This document shows positions 29,873 to 39,675 of a stretch of 64,000 bases of DNA, in pieces. The notes beneath the pieces were generated by a model. It was not told the DNA's origin. It searched no databases and saw nothing but the letters and a program-made list of their open reading frames with translations. The DNA lies in NCBI GenBank assembly GCA_031426555.1, contig JANPLN010000015.1:160001-224000 (forward strand), read 5' to 3'. Numbering within the stretch: the stretch's first letter is position 1; every line of letters starts with the position of its first letter. A program made the translations under genes and the position numbers. Origin of the DNA: Bdellovibrionales bacterium. GTDB taxonomy: Bacteria > Bdellovibrionota > Bdellovibrionia > Bdellovibrionales > JAGQZY01.

Positions 29873-31116
29873 TTCCGATTTACTTTCTCTGCGGTTCTCT
29901 GAGCGAGATGCTCCCACAATACGGTGTGGCCTTTGTCGTTGAGATGACAACAATCATCTGTAAAAACCGATTCGGCTGTGTTTTTAAAAATCGACGCAAG
30001 GTTAATGACTGGTAAACCAGCTTGTTGAAGCTCCCGCGCTTTTTTATGCAATAACAGGTAGTTGGTTTTTCGTTCATTGAGTTCATTGGTATCCGTCTTG
30101 GCTAAAAAACCCAATTCTTCTGCCGTCAGTATTTTTTCGACCAGATAGGGTGCTGGCTGGAGCGCATAAATGGATGTGACGTTCAACGACCGAGCCATGG
30201 TTTCTTGTTGCCGTATAAACTTAGACCAAAGCTGTAGGTTCGTCTTTTTGAGTTGCGATGAATGAGCTGACTTCCATAGACCGTCCCTGGGTTTATTGAT
30301 TTCTTGCAAGGTCAAAAAAATTCTTTGCCAGCGTTTTAAAATTTGCGTTTTAAGGATGGTGCTCACAACAGAAAACCCTGCGCCATAGTTTTGTAGCGCT
30401 TTCTGTTTTTGGGAAATTTCCAAATAATCGCTAAAAAGATGCAGCTGTTTCCTTTTTGTCTCGTAGTGATCGTTGGAAAAATAGAGTCCTGAAACCAAGG
30501 ATGTTGGAAAATAAGGCGGATAAATGGAAGAAGCCCGGGGATGCGCTTCATTGACGCCTTCGATATTGATTGAAACGTCGAGCTTGTCTAAAAAAAACGA
30601 CGCGATGACAAACTGCTGAGGTTGTCTGTAGCCAGAATAGGCGAAGTTGAGGATCTTGATTTTTTTAGAACGTTTGAGCAGTCGATTGAGGTTGTTTTTA
30701 AAAACGTTATTTTTTTCCTCAAAGTAGTGCGCTTGCGTTGCCACTGATCCGCCAAAAATTCCCACGTAAAGGGTGTCGGGTTGTTTTTCAAGATTCCAAA
30801 GTTCGGGTCTTTCCACAAAGCCGTAAACGAGGGTTTCTAAAGATTGGTTTTCTTGAGTAAGAGGGCGGGAGTAACCAAAAAAAGGATGGGGGTATTTGGG
30901 ACTTTGGCGATTGAGGTTTGTAGCGTCTCCCAACTTGTCAAAAAGCTCCTCGGCAGGACTGCCCTCGCTCAGGTCATTGAGAAGCAGCTGTAGCTTTTTG
31001 TCCAGGCGAGGCTCTAAAAAAAACCGACAACCAAGCTCGGCCAAGAACGCGCAAATACATAACGAAAGACAAAATAAAAACATTTTACGACGCAAAGATC
31101 GCACGCTCGGAGCCAT
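29869..31116 (-). CDS. Membrane-anchored SGNH/GDSL-like protein
   Basis: TM ending ELGCR; HPFFGY; IFGGSVA; NFAYSGY; EGVNE; DDCCHLNDKGH; real start probably 31116 or 31083. Confidence 0.72.
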   Translation of the reverse strand: MAPSVRSLRRKMFLFCLSLCICAFLAELGCRFFLEPRLDKKLQLLLNDLSEGSPAEELFDKLGDATNLNRQSPKYPHPFFGYSRPLTQENQSLETLVYGFVERPELWNLEKQPDTLYVGIFGGSVATQAHYFEEKNNVFKNNLNRLLKRSKKIKILNFAYSGYRQPQQFVIASFFLDKLDVSINIEGVNEAHPRASSIYPPYFPTSLVSGLYFSNDHYETKRKQLHLFSDYLEISQKQKALQNYGAGFSVVSTILKTQILKRWQRIFLTLQEINKPRDGLWKSAHSSQLKKTNLQLWSKFIRQQETMARSLNVTSIYALQPAPYLVEKILTAEELGFLAKTDTNELNERKTNYLLLHKKARELQQAGLPVINLASIFKNTAESVFTDDCCHLNDKGHTVLWEHLAQRTAEKVNRK

Positions 31117-31199
31117 ATCGTATCTTACTGAGAAGAAGATGAAGGGAGCAAGATATCTTGACCGTTGCCACCTTGCGCTGATTGGGCTAGGATTCCCCC

Positions 31200-32414
31200 A
31201 TGGCGACTCAACAATCTTCGACTTTTTGTTCCGTGCCTTGGACGCAGCTTGCGACGAACTCGTCAGGTTACTATCGAGTGTGTTGCAATGCGCTGCCCGT
31301 GAAGAATCTTGTTCGCGATGGGCAGGGAAAAGTTTTAACAGTTTACAAAAATACCTTCGAAGAGGCATGGAACGCGCCGACGTACCTCCAAATTCGCAAA
31401 GAGATGCAGTCCTCTGTTCGTCCGGAAATGTGCACTCGCTGTTTTCGTGAGGAGGACGCCGGAGTTGAAAGTGCACGGCAAAGATGGAATCGCCGCTGGC
31501 CCGAGCCGGCGCTTCAGCAGAAAGCAGAAGGGGCAGCTCCTGCAGTTAAGTATGTGGATTTGCGCTTAGGAAATCTGTGTAACTTAAAATGCAGAATGTG
31601 CAATCCCTACTCCAGCAGTAAGTGGGTCGAAGAGTGGAACTCGGTTGCTGGAGTTAAAGGTTTAGTGCCAGACAGCTCGCTGTCTCCCGCAGAAGCGGAG
31701 CGCCTGCAAAAAATGGACTGGCCCGAGGACGAAAAAACCTGGGTCCATTTATTGCCAATTCTCAACACCGTCGAAGAAATATATCTTACCGGTGGCGAGC
31801 CATTTTTATCTTTGAAGCAAATCGATCTTTTGCAAAAACTGGTAGATAGCGGGCGCTCGCGCGAAGTGGTTATTAAATACAATACCAATGTGACGATCTT
31901 CCCAGAAAAAATCGTCGCTCTTTGGGCAAATTTTAAGACGGTTCGACTCAATTTAAGTATCGATGGCGTGGGCGCTACGAACGATTATATTCGTTTTCCT
32001 GCAAAATGGGCCTCGGTAGAAAAAAATTTAAAAAGCTTTTTTGAATTAAAAAAAGCGGGCGTTCCCTTGGAAATCAGCGTGCATACAACCGTACAAATTT
32101 GTAATATTTTAGAGCTCGCAAAAATCCTTCAATACTTTAGAGAAAATTACGGCCTGACTCCGTATTTTAATATTCTCAATCACCCTGCCTGTTTAAATAT
32201 ACGGTCTATGCCGCAGACCTTAAAAGACGTTGCGCTGCAAAGACTGCATCCTTGGGCCAATGAAAAGGGAGTGGGCGAAGTGATTTCGTACATGCTGGCC
32301 GAGGATTGGTCGGAGTCTTACTGGCCAGAGTTTATCAAATACACGTCGCAACTAGATGCAAACCGCCATCAGAAATATATGGTCAGCGACGTCGATTTAC
32401 AGCTTGTGGACTGA
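31200..32414 (+). CDS. Radical SAM protein with N-terminal twitch domain (#6)
   Basis: FCSVPW..CC..WN..CTRCF; CNLKCRMC; TGGEPF; YNTN; SIDG; YIRFPA.W. Confidence 0.9.
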   Translation: MATQQSSTFCSVPWTQLATNSSGYYRVCCNALPVKNLVRDGQGKVLTVYKNTFEEAWNAPTYLQIRKEMQSSVRPEMCTRCFREEDAGVESARQRWNRRWPEPALQQKAEGAAPAVKYVDLRLGNLCNLKCRMCNPYSSSKWVEEWNSVAGVKGLVPDSSLSPAEAERLQKMDWPEDEKTWVHLLPILNTVEEIYLTGGEPFLSLKQIDLLQKLVDSGRSREVVIKYNTNVTIFPEKIVALWANFKTVRLNLSIDGVGATNDYIRFPAKWASVEKNLKSFFELKKAGVPLEISVHTTVQICNILELAKILQYFRENYGLTPYFNILNHPACLNIRSMPQTLKDVALQRLHPWANEKGVGEVISYMLAEDWSESYWPEFIKYTSQLDANRHQKYMVSDVDLQLVD

Positions 32415-32441
32415 TGGGGACTTAGATATGTAATTAGGGGT

Positions 32442-33587
32442 ATGGCTAATTACTGGTCCTCATATGATTTCACCAAAATCCCCTTTGCAGATATAGAGTC
32501 AGTAGGGCAGCGAACTCTCCTTTATCGAGATTTGTTTTGCGTCAGTTGGCTGCTGGGTCGTTTTTGCAATTATAAATGCTCCTATTGTTGGCCCTACGCT
32601 CGCTCCGACACAAGAGATCACCGCCCCACAGAATTAGTTTTGAAAACGCTCAGCGAAATCAAACGTCAAGCGCGGGCGAGAAATTTTAACTCTTTTCATT
32701 TTTCGTTCAGCGGCGGTGAGCCAACACTTCACCCAGGATATCTGGACATACTAAAAACATATTCGGAAGATCAACCTCAGTGTAATTATCAATCATTGCA
32801 CATGACAAGCAACATCAGTGCTGGTTTGGGTTACTTTAAAAAGTATGCCGAAGTTACCAAAAATATAAATCGCGTGAGTATCACTGCCAGCTATCACAAA
32901 GAAATGACAACGAAAGAACCTTTTGCAGAAAAATTAATTTTTTTACAAGAGCAAGACATCAACGTCACCATCAACATGGTCATGGTTCCTGAGCGCTTTG
33001 AGCTTTTGTGGGAAGAGGCTCTCTATTTTCACGAGCAGGGTATTAACGTTACCCTCAAGCCGCAAAGCAATCCAACGGCTACGGCGGTAGTTTCAGGATA
33101 TTCTGATGAGATGTTAAAACGTTTACGCAACGGAATGCCACAAAGGGATTACACGACAAAACGATTAGAGTCGAAAATGAAAACTTCGCAAAGACCAAAG
33201 CCGCGTCTCGCAGCACTGCCAGAAAAAGATGAAACTGGCGATGATATTCCTCAGATCATGCAAGTGGAGTTTAATGATAAGCTGGGAAAGAAGTGGTTTA
33301 TGGACCAAGCCGAACGCTTTAACGCCTTTAATTTTAATCAATTCCGTGGCTGGGAATGTAGCGCGGGTTATCGCAGTATTATCATTCGTGAGCCCGATGG
33401 CGCCATTAAAAGAAGTTACAGCTGCAATGACAAACCCCTTGGCTTTATTGAAACCGGCTTCGAACTTTTTCCAACAGCAATGCCATGTATTACTCAGAGC
33501 TGCGTAAGTAGTGCGGACAGTAAAATTCCAAAACGTAAAGCGGGGTCCAAGTGGCCTCTTTGGCCTGGGGACACCGCGAGTGTATAA
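32442..33587 (+). CDS. Radical SAM protein, subtype B, with C-terminal Cys-rich domain (#7)
   Basis: SWLLGRFCNYKCSYC; SGGEPT; MTSN; SYH; C-terminal WECSAG..SC..C...SC. Confidence 0.88.
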   Translation: MANYWSSYDFTKIPFADIESVGQRTLLYRDLFCVSWLLGRFCNYKCSYCWPYARSDTRDHRPTELVLKTLSEIKRQARARNFNSFHFSFSGGEPTLHPGYLDILKTYSEDQPQCNYQSLHMTSNISAGLGYFKKYAEVTKNINRVSITASYHKEMTTKEPFAEKLIFLQEQDINVTINMVMVPERFELLWEEALYFHEQGINVTLKPQSNPTATAVVSGYSDEMLKRLRNGMPQRDYTTKRLESKMKTSQRPKPRLAALPEKDETGDDIPQIMQVEFNDKLGKKWFMDQAERFNAFNFNQFRGWECSAGYRSIIIREPDGAIKRSYSCNDKPLGFIETGFELFPTAMPCITQSCVSSADSKIPKRKAGSKWPLWPGDTASV

Positions 33588-34656
33588 GGCGTATGAAATA
33601 CGGGTCGTTCACCTCGAAATAACCAGCAAATGCAATGCCTCGTGCCCAATGTGTTTGCGAAATGTATGTGGTGGCAAGGTAAACCCCCAGCTGCCCCTTA
33701 CAGAACTTTCGCTTTTTGATTTAAAAAAAATCTTCACTACTGATTTCGTTCAGCAGCTCGACAGAATCTATTTATGTGGAAATTATGGGGATCCTGTAGC
33801 GGCACAAGATACGCTAGAGTCTCTAAAATATTTTAAGGAGACCAATCCGCAAATTCAACTGTCCCTGTTTTCAAATGCATCGGCACGCGCCGCGGTTTGG
33901 TGGCGCGAGCTCGCGACCCTGACCAAGGATGTGCATTTTGCAATTGATGGGCTCTCCGACACCAATTCGATTTACCGCCGTGGTACCCAGTGGGAGGTCA
34001 TTATGCGAAATGCACAGGCTTTTATTGATGCCGGTGGCCGCGCCATTTGGGATTATATTGTTTTTAGACATAACGAACACCAAATCGAAGAAGCGCAAGA
34101 GCTTGCAAAAAAAATGGGCTTTCATAAATTCAATTTAAAAAAAACCGGCAGATTTTTTAGCAACACCAAAACCGAGGTAAAGTCGCAGCAAGCCGTCTAC
34201 AACTTGGACGGTGAGATTGATTATTTCTTAGAGCTGCCTCTCAATCCAAAGTATCACAACGCAGCGCTGGTCAAAGAGGACGAGCTGGTGAAGAAGTATG
34301 GGCATCTCGAAAAATATTTAGATCAAACGCTTATCGACTGTAAAGTAGACGCAGAAAAAAGTGTGTATGTTTCGGCGGAAGGTTTCATTTTCCCCTGTTG
34401 TTGGACGGCGAATCAATTGTACCCTTGGTATTTGGAAAAAAGATCTTCACAGGTTTGGGATATCATTCGTTCACTGCCAGAACAAGAACAAGAAATTTCG
34501 GCGCTCAAACAGCCATTGTCAAAGATCGTCGAAGGGGAGCTTTTTGCAAAAATCAAAGACAGCTGGTCATTGCCCAGCACTAAACTCGGCAAGCTGAAAC
34601 CTTGTGCGAAAACCTGTGGGCGGGAATTTGATCCCTTTAGCGAGCAGTTTCGCTAG
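33580..34656 (+). CDS. Radical SAM protein, subtype C, with C-terminal twitch/SPASM-like domain (#8)
   Basis: HLEITSKCNASCPMC; CGNYGDP; AIDG; C-terminal C..VYVSAEG..FPCCW..C..TC; likely GTG at 33580 overlapping the upstream stop. Confidence 0.88.
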   Translation: MYKAYEIRVVHLEITSKCNASCPMCLRNVCGGKVNPQLPLTELSLFDLKKIFTTDFVQQLDRIYLCGNYGDPVAAQDTLESLKYFKETNPQIQLSLFSNASARAAVWWRELATLTKDVHFAIDGLSDTNSIYRRGTQWEVIMRNAQAFIDAGGRAIWDYIVFRHNEHQIEEAQELAKKMGFHKFNLKKTGRFFSNTKTEVKSQQAVYNLDGEIDYFLELPLNPKYHNAALVKEDELVKKYGHLEKYLDQTLIDCKVDAEKSVYVSAEGFIFPCCWTANQLYPWYLEKRSSQVWDIIRSLPEQEQEISALKQPLSKIVEGELFAKIKDSWSLPSTKLGKLKPCAKTCGREFDPFSEQFR

Positions 34657-35825
34657 TGAGAATTTTAATTGTTATATTTAGCCTGTTATTGTCGCCCTTA
34701 TTAATGTTATTTGCCTTAGAAGGCGCAACTCGCTGGATTCTTCCTACGGACTTCTGGAATGGCCTTCAGTTACAAAAAAAAATTAACAGTAATTCGAATT
34801 TAGATATTTCACCGCTATATCGTTTAACTATGGATTTGGACTATCTTCCACAAACGCAGTTCGACCAACCCGTCTATGAACTTAAACCCCTCGTCAAAGA
34901 CTATCGATATTTGCGTAAGAACACTTCTGGTTATGTTTTCAATGCGCCAAATGAAACCTTTCGGCACGTTGGGCGTGCTCTACAGGATGGGCAAATAATA
35001 TTTGATGTCGAATATAATTTCGATGAACATGGGCGTCGAAAACTGCCTTTCGAACCTGAAAATCCTTTTTTGAGTTCACGACACCTTATACTTTCAGGCT
35101 GTTCATTTGACTTTGGAGAAGGGCTTCAGGACAACGAAACATTGGCAGCTCAGTTACAAAAACGCTTCCCTGGGAAAGTTTATAATTTAAGCCGATCAGG
35201 AGCGTCTGTCGTGGATGCTGTTGCGTTGATGCAAACAACCCAGGCATGGGATACAGTGGAGCCTTCGTCTGGCATGGTCCTCGCGCATTTTTCGATAAAT
35301 TTGCATATGGTTAGATTTTTAGGCACGTTGATGAGTATCGGTCGGTGGAATCAGTTTGGAGCCTTTCTTGAGGAGGATCCAAAGAACTCTGGCCATTTTC
35401 GGTTTGGAGGACTGTACGCAAAAAACCAACCGTTTCGAACGGGTATCGGTATGGTAATGGCGCAATCGAATTTTTTAAAGGCCATCGAATTTGATTGGCC
35501 CCCCATCGATGATAGAGCTTTAGAAAACTACGCAAGGGTTCTTCTTTTTTTGAAGCTAAAATATCAGCAAAAAACTCGTTCCAGCAACCAACTGGTTGTT
35601 TACCTTCATCCTGGCGAGGAGCAAGCGAGAAGGATAATCCCATTTTTAGAAAAATATGGAATTTATTATCTGGACTATTCCAATTTACTGCTCAAAAAGT
35701 TTGCCACGGAATCATTAACTATTCCTCACGAAGGGCATCCCTCAAAAGAGTATAATAGAATCTTGGGGCAACAAATTACGCACGATCTTACTTTGCAGGA
35801 GAACAGCCTAAAAATTTCTAATTAA
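34656..35825 (+). CDS. Membrane-anchored SGNH/GDSL-like protein
   Basis: TM ending EGATR; LSGCSFDFGEGL; YNLSRSG; C-terminal EGHPS; paralogous to 27720-28745. Confidence 0.7.
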   Translation: MRILIVIFSLLLSPLLMLFALEGATRWILPTDFWNGLQLQKKINSNSNLDISPLYRLTMDLDYLPQTQFDQPVYELKPLVKDYRYLRKNTSGYVFNAPNETFRHVGRALQDGQIIFDVEYNFDEHGRRKLPFEPENPFLSSRHLILSGCSFDFGEGLQDNETLAAQLQKRFPGKVYNLSRSGASVVDAVALMQTTQAWDTVEPSSGMVLAHFSINLHMVRFLGTLMSIGRWNQFGAFLEEDPKNSGHFRFGGLYAKNQPFRTGIGMVMAQSNFLKAIEFDWPPIDDRALENYARVLLFLKLKYQQKTRSSNQLVVYLHPGEEQARRIIPFLEKYGIYYLDYSNLLLKKFATESLTIPHEGHPSKEYNRILGQQITHDLTLQENSLKISN

Positions 35826-35971
35826 AAAATCGTGTAGATAAACGGTGTGGCAACAGTCCCGCTTCCTAAGTAGAGAAGTGCTGAAAGCGAAACAAGAACT
35901 AGAAAAAACGGAATCAGCCACCATTTTTTATTTTCGACGGCAAACTGCCAAAGTTCTAGAATTAGCTTCAT
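35822..35971 (-). CDS. DUF5989 / SxtK-like small membrane protein (49 aa; not in the ORF track)
   Basis: Manual translation MKLILELWQFAVENKKWWLIPFFLVLVSLSALLYLGSGTVATPFIYTIF, with KKWWL.P and PFIYT.F signature; ATGA overlap with the carbamoyltransferase stop. Confidence 0.85.
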   Translation of the reverse strand: MKLILELWQFAVENKKWWLIPFFLVLVSLSALLYLGSGTVATPFIYTIF

Positions 35972-37785
35972 TTTTTTGCCTCTATTATTATAAGTCTATG
36001 CATATTTTTTTTCTTTTCCAATATAAAGTTCCCCAAGACTAACAAATCCAGGTCCGTTTTTAAAAAACATAAAATGGCATCACGGGGGGACTCTACAATC
36101 GGTTCGCCGCGAACATTAAAACTCGTATTTACAAGCATTGGCACGCCGGTGCGCTGTTCAAACATCTGGAGAAGCCGGTAAAGCAAAGGGTTTTGTTCCC
36201 GTGTTACCGTCTGAAGTCGAGCGGAGTAATCTAAGTGGGTCACTGCGGGAATCGCGGACCGCACGGCTTTTATTCGTTCTTGAGAGGTGAAAAAATGACT
36301 GGAAGGCTCAAGCCGATGCTTTGGCAATAGATCGGCAACAAATAACATATAAGGGCTTTCCGAGGGACATCCGAAAAACCATTCATGGGCTTTTTCTGCC
36401 ATCACAATCGGAGCAAAAGGCCGAAAGGATTCGCGAAATTTAATTTTCAAATTTAATTTTTCCTGCATCTCCGGTGAACGGGAGTCCGCAAGAATCGAAC
36501 GCGACCCTAAAGCTCTCGGACCATACTCCGATCGGCCCTGAAACCAACCCACCGCATCTCCTTTAACTAAGGAGTCGCAGGTTTTTTCGAAAAGAGAAGC
36601 TTCGTCGTGCATTTCATAAACGAGCCCCATTTCGTCGAGACATTTTTGAATTTCATCATCTGTGTACTCAGTGCCTAACAAAGCATTAAACATGCTGTCA
36701 CTATTTCTCAATGTGTACCGAGGCTTTTGAAAATGTAGGGAATGGGCAGCCAGCGCTGCACCGAGAGCACTTCCGGCGTCTCCTGCCGCGGGCTGAATCC
36801 ATATCTCTTTAAAAGATCCATCGCGGAGGATTTGGCTATTACTCACACAGTTAAGAGCCACACCACCAGAGAGGCACAGCGAGGGAAGCGAAAATTCTTT
36901 ATGCAAAGAGCGCGTTAGGCAAAGCAAAAGATGATTGAGTGCAGCCTGTGTAGACGCAGCAATATCCATGTAAACCTGCTCAATAAAAGATTCTGGAAGC
37001 CTTGGAGGTGCGCCAAAAAGCTCAGAAAGTTTTTCACTAAACATGTTCCGTGTTGAGGCAAAGTCAAAATACTGAAGATTGATCTCAAAGGAACCGTCAT
37101 CTTTCATACAGACAAGATTTTTTAATATCGCATCAAAAAATCGTGGCTGCCCATAGGGCGCAAGACCCATGAGTTTGTATTCCCCTGAATTCACTTTGAA
37201 TCCGCAAAAAGTCGTCATCGTGGAATAAAAGAGTCCGAGTGAATGTGGGAAATGGATCTCCTTTTGCATTTCGATTCGATTATTCTGTCCCACAGAAACG
37301 GTCGACGTCGACCACTCCCCCAGTCCATCCAAGGTGAGAATCACCGCCTCAGAAAATGGAGAAGGAAAGAAAGCACTGGCCGCATGACTGAGGTGATGCT
37401 CCGAAAAGAGCAGCTTCTTTTCGTCAAATCCAGCGTCAATCTCGCGTAGGGCTTTTAGAAGATCATTTCGTAGAAACAAAGTTTTGGTAAAAGATTCTGA
37501 AAAGGTTTCAACAAACGAGACAGGTTTCCAGGGTGCATCGCGAAGAAAGCTCTCGATCTGCCGGTCTAGTTTTAGGAGTGGTTTTTCGTAAAACACAACA
37601 GCGTCAAGCTCGTGCAGCTTTAATTTGCTGTGGGCTAAACCCGCTAAAACTGAGCGACGTGGGAATTTTGAATCATTTTTTATCCTTGAGAATCGCTCCT
37701 CTTGCATCGCAAAAACCGGTCTGCCATTTTGCAGGAAGGCTGCAGCACTATCGTGATAGTAACAAGAGACACCAAGTATATTCAT
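35968..37785 (-). CDS. O-carbamoyltransferase (NodU/CmcH/TobZ family)
   Basis: YHDSAA, QEERFSR, EHHLSHAASAF, DGLGE, GEYKLMGLAPYG, GGVALNC, GPRALG, RESFRPFAP, NTSFN. Confidence 0.95.
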   Translation of the reverse strand: MNILGVSCYYHDSAAAFLQNGRPVFAMQEERFSRIKNDSKFPRRSVLAGLAHSKLKLHELDAVVFYEKPLLKLDRQIESFLRDAPWKPVSFVETFSESFTKTLFLRNDLLKALREIDAGFDEKKLLFSEHHLSHAASAFFPSPFSEAVILTLDGLGEWSTSTVSVGQNNRIEMQKEIHFPHSLGLFYSTMTTFCGFKVNSGEYKLMGLAPYGQPRFFDAILKNLVCMKDDGSFEINLQYFDFASTRNMFSEKLSELFGAPPRLPESFIEQVYMDIAASTQAALNHLLLCLTRSLHKEFSLPSLCLSGGVALNCVSNSQILRDGSFKEIWIQPAAGDAGSALGAALAAHSLHFQKPRYTLRNSDSMFNALLGTEYTDDEIQKCLDEMGLVYEMHDEASLFEKTCDSLVKGDAVGWFQGRSEYGPRALGSRSILADSRSPEMQEKLNLKIKFRESFRPFAPIVMAEKAHEWFFGCPSESPYMLFVADLLPKHRLEPSSHFFTSQERIKAVRSAIPAVTHLDYSARLQTVTREQNPLLYRLLQMFEQRTGVPMLVNTSFNVRGEPIVESPRDAILCFLKTDLDLLVLGNFILEKKKNMHRLIIIEAKK

Positions 37786-37791
37786 GCCGCC

Positions 37792-38181
37792 TCAAAACAT
37801 TCGATCAAAGCGTTGACTGCTGCGGCTCTTATGCCACCCATGGGTTGTGGTTCTCGATCGCACAAGACGTAAACTTAATCCCAGGGGAGTTATGATTAGA
37901 AAATAAAAAAGGAGCAAAAAAACGGGCTGAAGCAACCAAGCTAAGACAATTCCGACATAAAACCATAGGGTATTTAAAAAAGACGAGTAGCCTTGATGGA
38001 AAACAGCTGGAATCAATAGTAAGCAACTGAGTCCCCACGGGTGGGGAGCAAGGCAAAAGATAACGATTGATAAAATGGCGGAAAAATAAGAAAAACTTTT
38101 CGGCGATGGACGAGGCGAATTTTTTAAACGGCGAAAATTAAATCGAGTCCACATAGACTTCAGATCGGGTCGAAGAATCAT
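37792..38181 (-). CDS. SxtJ-like membrane protein
   Basis: Hydrophobic; FYFLIITPLGL..RL; C-terminal FDRMF; immediately upstream of the carbamoyltransferase; start may be 38154. Confidence 0.7.
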   Translation of the reverse strand: MILRPDLKSMWTRFNFRRLKNSPRPSPKSFSYFSAILSIVIFCLAPHPWGLSCLLLIPAVFHQGYSSFLNTLWFYVGIVLAWLLQPVFLLLFYFLIITPLGLSLRLVRSRTTTHGWHKSRSSQRFDRMF

Positions 38182-39556
38182 CTTGGTTTAAAAGCTCACC
38201 CATATCGGGGAAAACCGAAGCGAACGACGTCCCCCTGATAGAATCCATGCGCGTGATGTACTCACGGAATTGCGGCATTCTGTTAGACCAGTCTTCAGAT
38301 TCCATAAACTTAAGCATTCCCTCGAGGCGTTTAATCCCGTAATCGTTATTTACAAATTCTGGATCATTTCGGTAATTCTTAAGAAGCCACGAATAAAAAC
38401 CTTCGTACTTACAGCGAATTTTTCGTTTAAACTCTTTAGGAAAAACTTTTACGTTCAAATGGGCGGGGTGATAGACAAAATGGTAATTAATCAAACCAGC
38501 GCCCAGAGGCCATGCATTTATTTTTTTAAAATTTTGTTCTAATTTCCATCGAATAAAGTCGGGTATGTAATACATGTTCAGCATCTGCACAGCACAAGCG
38601 ATGGTGACTTCCACATGGTCTGGAGTTTCATCGAGCAGGCGCAAATGTTTTTCGATGGTTTCCCAGTTAGCGGGATAACGAATGTACGAATTCATTTCGT
38701 GGACGCTATCGATACTAAAGTGAAAACGGACACGGCGAAATTTTTCCCATAAAGTGAACAGTCTTTCGGGAAGTTCAATGCCGTTGCTGTTGTAGCGAAG
38801 TTCAATATTTTTTGCGTAGCCTCTTCGCACGCATTCCTCGAGAAGTTCGTAATGCTCTTCAATGATGGTGCTTTCGCCCCCGGCAAAGTACAACTGTTGC
38901 ATGTGCGGAATTTGCTCGTAGAGCTCTTCCCAAAAAATGGGATTGTCGCGATGCCAATCGTAACTTGCGCCATCCACGCGACCGCTATTATCCCAGACCA
39001 TAACTTGCTTCAGTTCCGCATTTTGGATCTGTGGGGAAAGCTTTTTCCAGTCTGAGACCCAAAGCGAACTGTCGTGGGGTGAACACATGATGCATTTCAA
39101 ATTACATTTCGTACCGAGACGCAAATCCACATAATAAATTCGCGCGGGCACAGAGCCGTCCGTGGAGGTCTCATCGATCAATTTTTGCAAATCAATTCGT
39201 GAACTCCAATATTCGGTCTCCCAATTTCTTTTCGAGCGGTGGCCAGCAGCTTCCTCTTTAAAGCATTTTGTACACGACGCAGGAATTTCACCTGCCAGCA
39301 TTTTCAGTCGCACATCACGCATGTATCCGTTGTTCCAGCCTTCCAAAAGGGGAGTGTGGTTCAGGTTGGCGGGTTTTCCGTTGTCGTTTTTTAAAATACC
39401 CACTTCTCCTCCCCAGATTTTGTCGTTGGTGGCCCCGGCGGAAGACGCGTTGGCCGTGCAACAGACGCGCATGTGTCCGTTGGGCCGCGTAGAGAGATGA
39501 ATCCACGGCAGAGCGCAGTAGGTTTTACTGGGGGGTAGGAGGGTTTTTTTATCCAT
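38138..39556 (-). CDS. Radical SAM protein with N-terminal twitch domain (#9)
   Basis: YCALPWIH..CC..WNN..CTKCF; CNLKCIMC; AGGES; YNSN; SIDS; YIRYPA.W. Confidence 0.9.
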   Translation of the reverse strand: MDKKTLLPPSKTYCALPWIHLSTRPNGHMRVCCTANASSAGATNDKIWGGEVGILKNDNGKPANLNHTPLLEGWNNGYMRDVRLKMLAGEIPASCTKCFKEEAAGHRSKRNWETEYWSSRIDLQKLIDETSTDGSVPARIYYVDLRLGTKCNLKCIMCSPHDSSLWVSDWKKLSPQIQNAELKQVMVWDNSGRVDGASYDWHRDNPIFWEELYEQIPHMQQLYFAGGESTIIEEHYELLEECVRRGYAKNIELRYNSNGIELPERLFTLWEKFRRVRFHFSIDSVHEMNSYIRYPANWETIEKHLRLLDETPDHVEVTIACAVQMLNMYYIPDFIRWKLEQNFKKINAWPLGAGLINYHFVYHPAHLNVKVFPKEFKRKIRCKYEGFYSWLLKNYRNDPEFVNNDYGIKRLEGMLKFMESEDWSNRMPQFREYITRMDSIRGTSFASVFPDMGELLNQDDSSTRSEVYVDSI

Positions 39557-39675
39557 GGGCAAAAGAATATGTCAGAGACGTTAGAACAGGCAAAGGGAGA
39601 GACGCACTTAACAAGCCGAGTTAGCTGATATCAATCCAACTTCACATCCGTTTAGGAATCGAGTACAGCCATCCC

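Noticed and set aside
31117..31476. N-terminal extension of the 29869-31476 ORF (also 21311-21445, 29873-29953, 33511-33579, 43396-43452)
   Set aside because: These extensions overlap well-supported neighbouring genes or precede a better RBS/start, so downstream starts were preferred.
21291..38181. Saxitoxin cluster (amidinotransferase plus sxtI/J/K-like genes)
   Set aside because: No SxtA-like PKS/AONS fusion, Rieske oxygenases or sulfotransferases are present. The bioF at 286 belongs to the biotin operon, and the I/J/K-like trio is not specific to saxitoxin.
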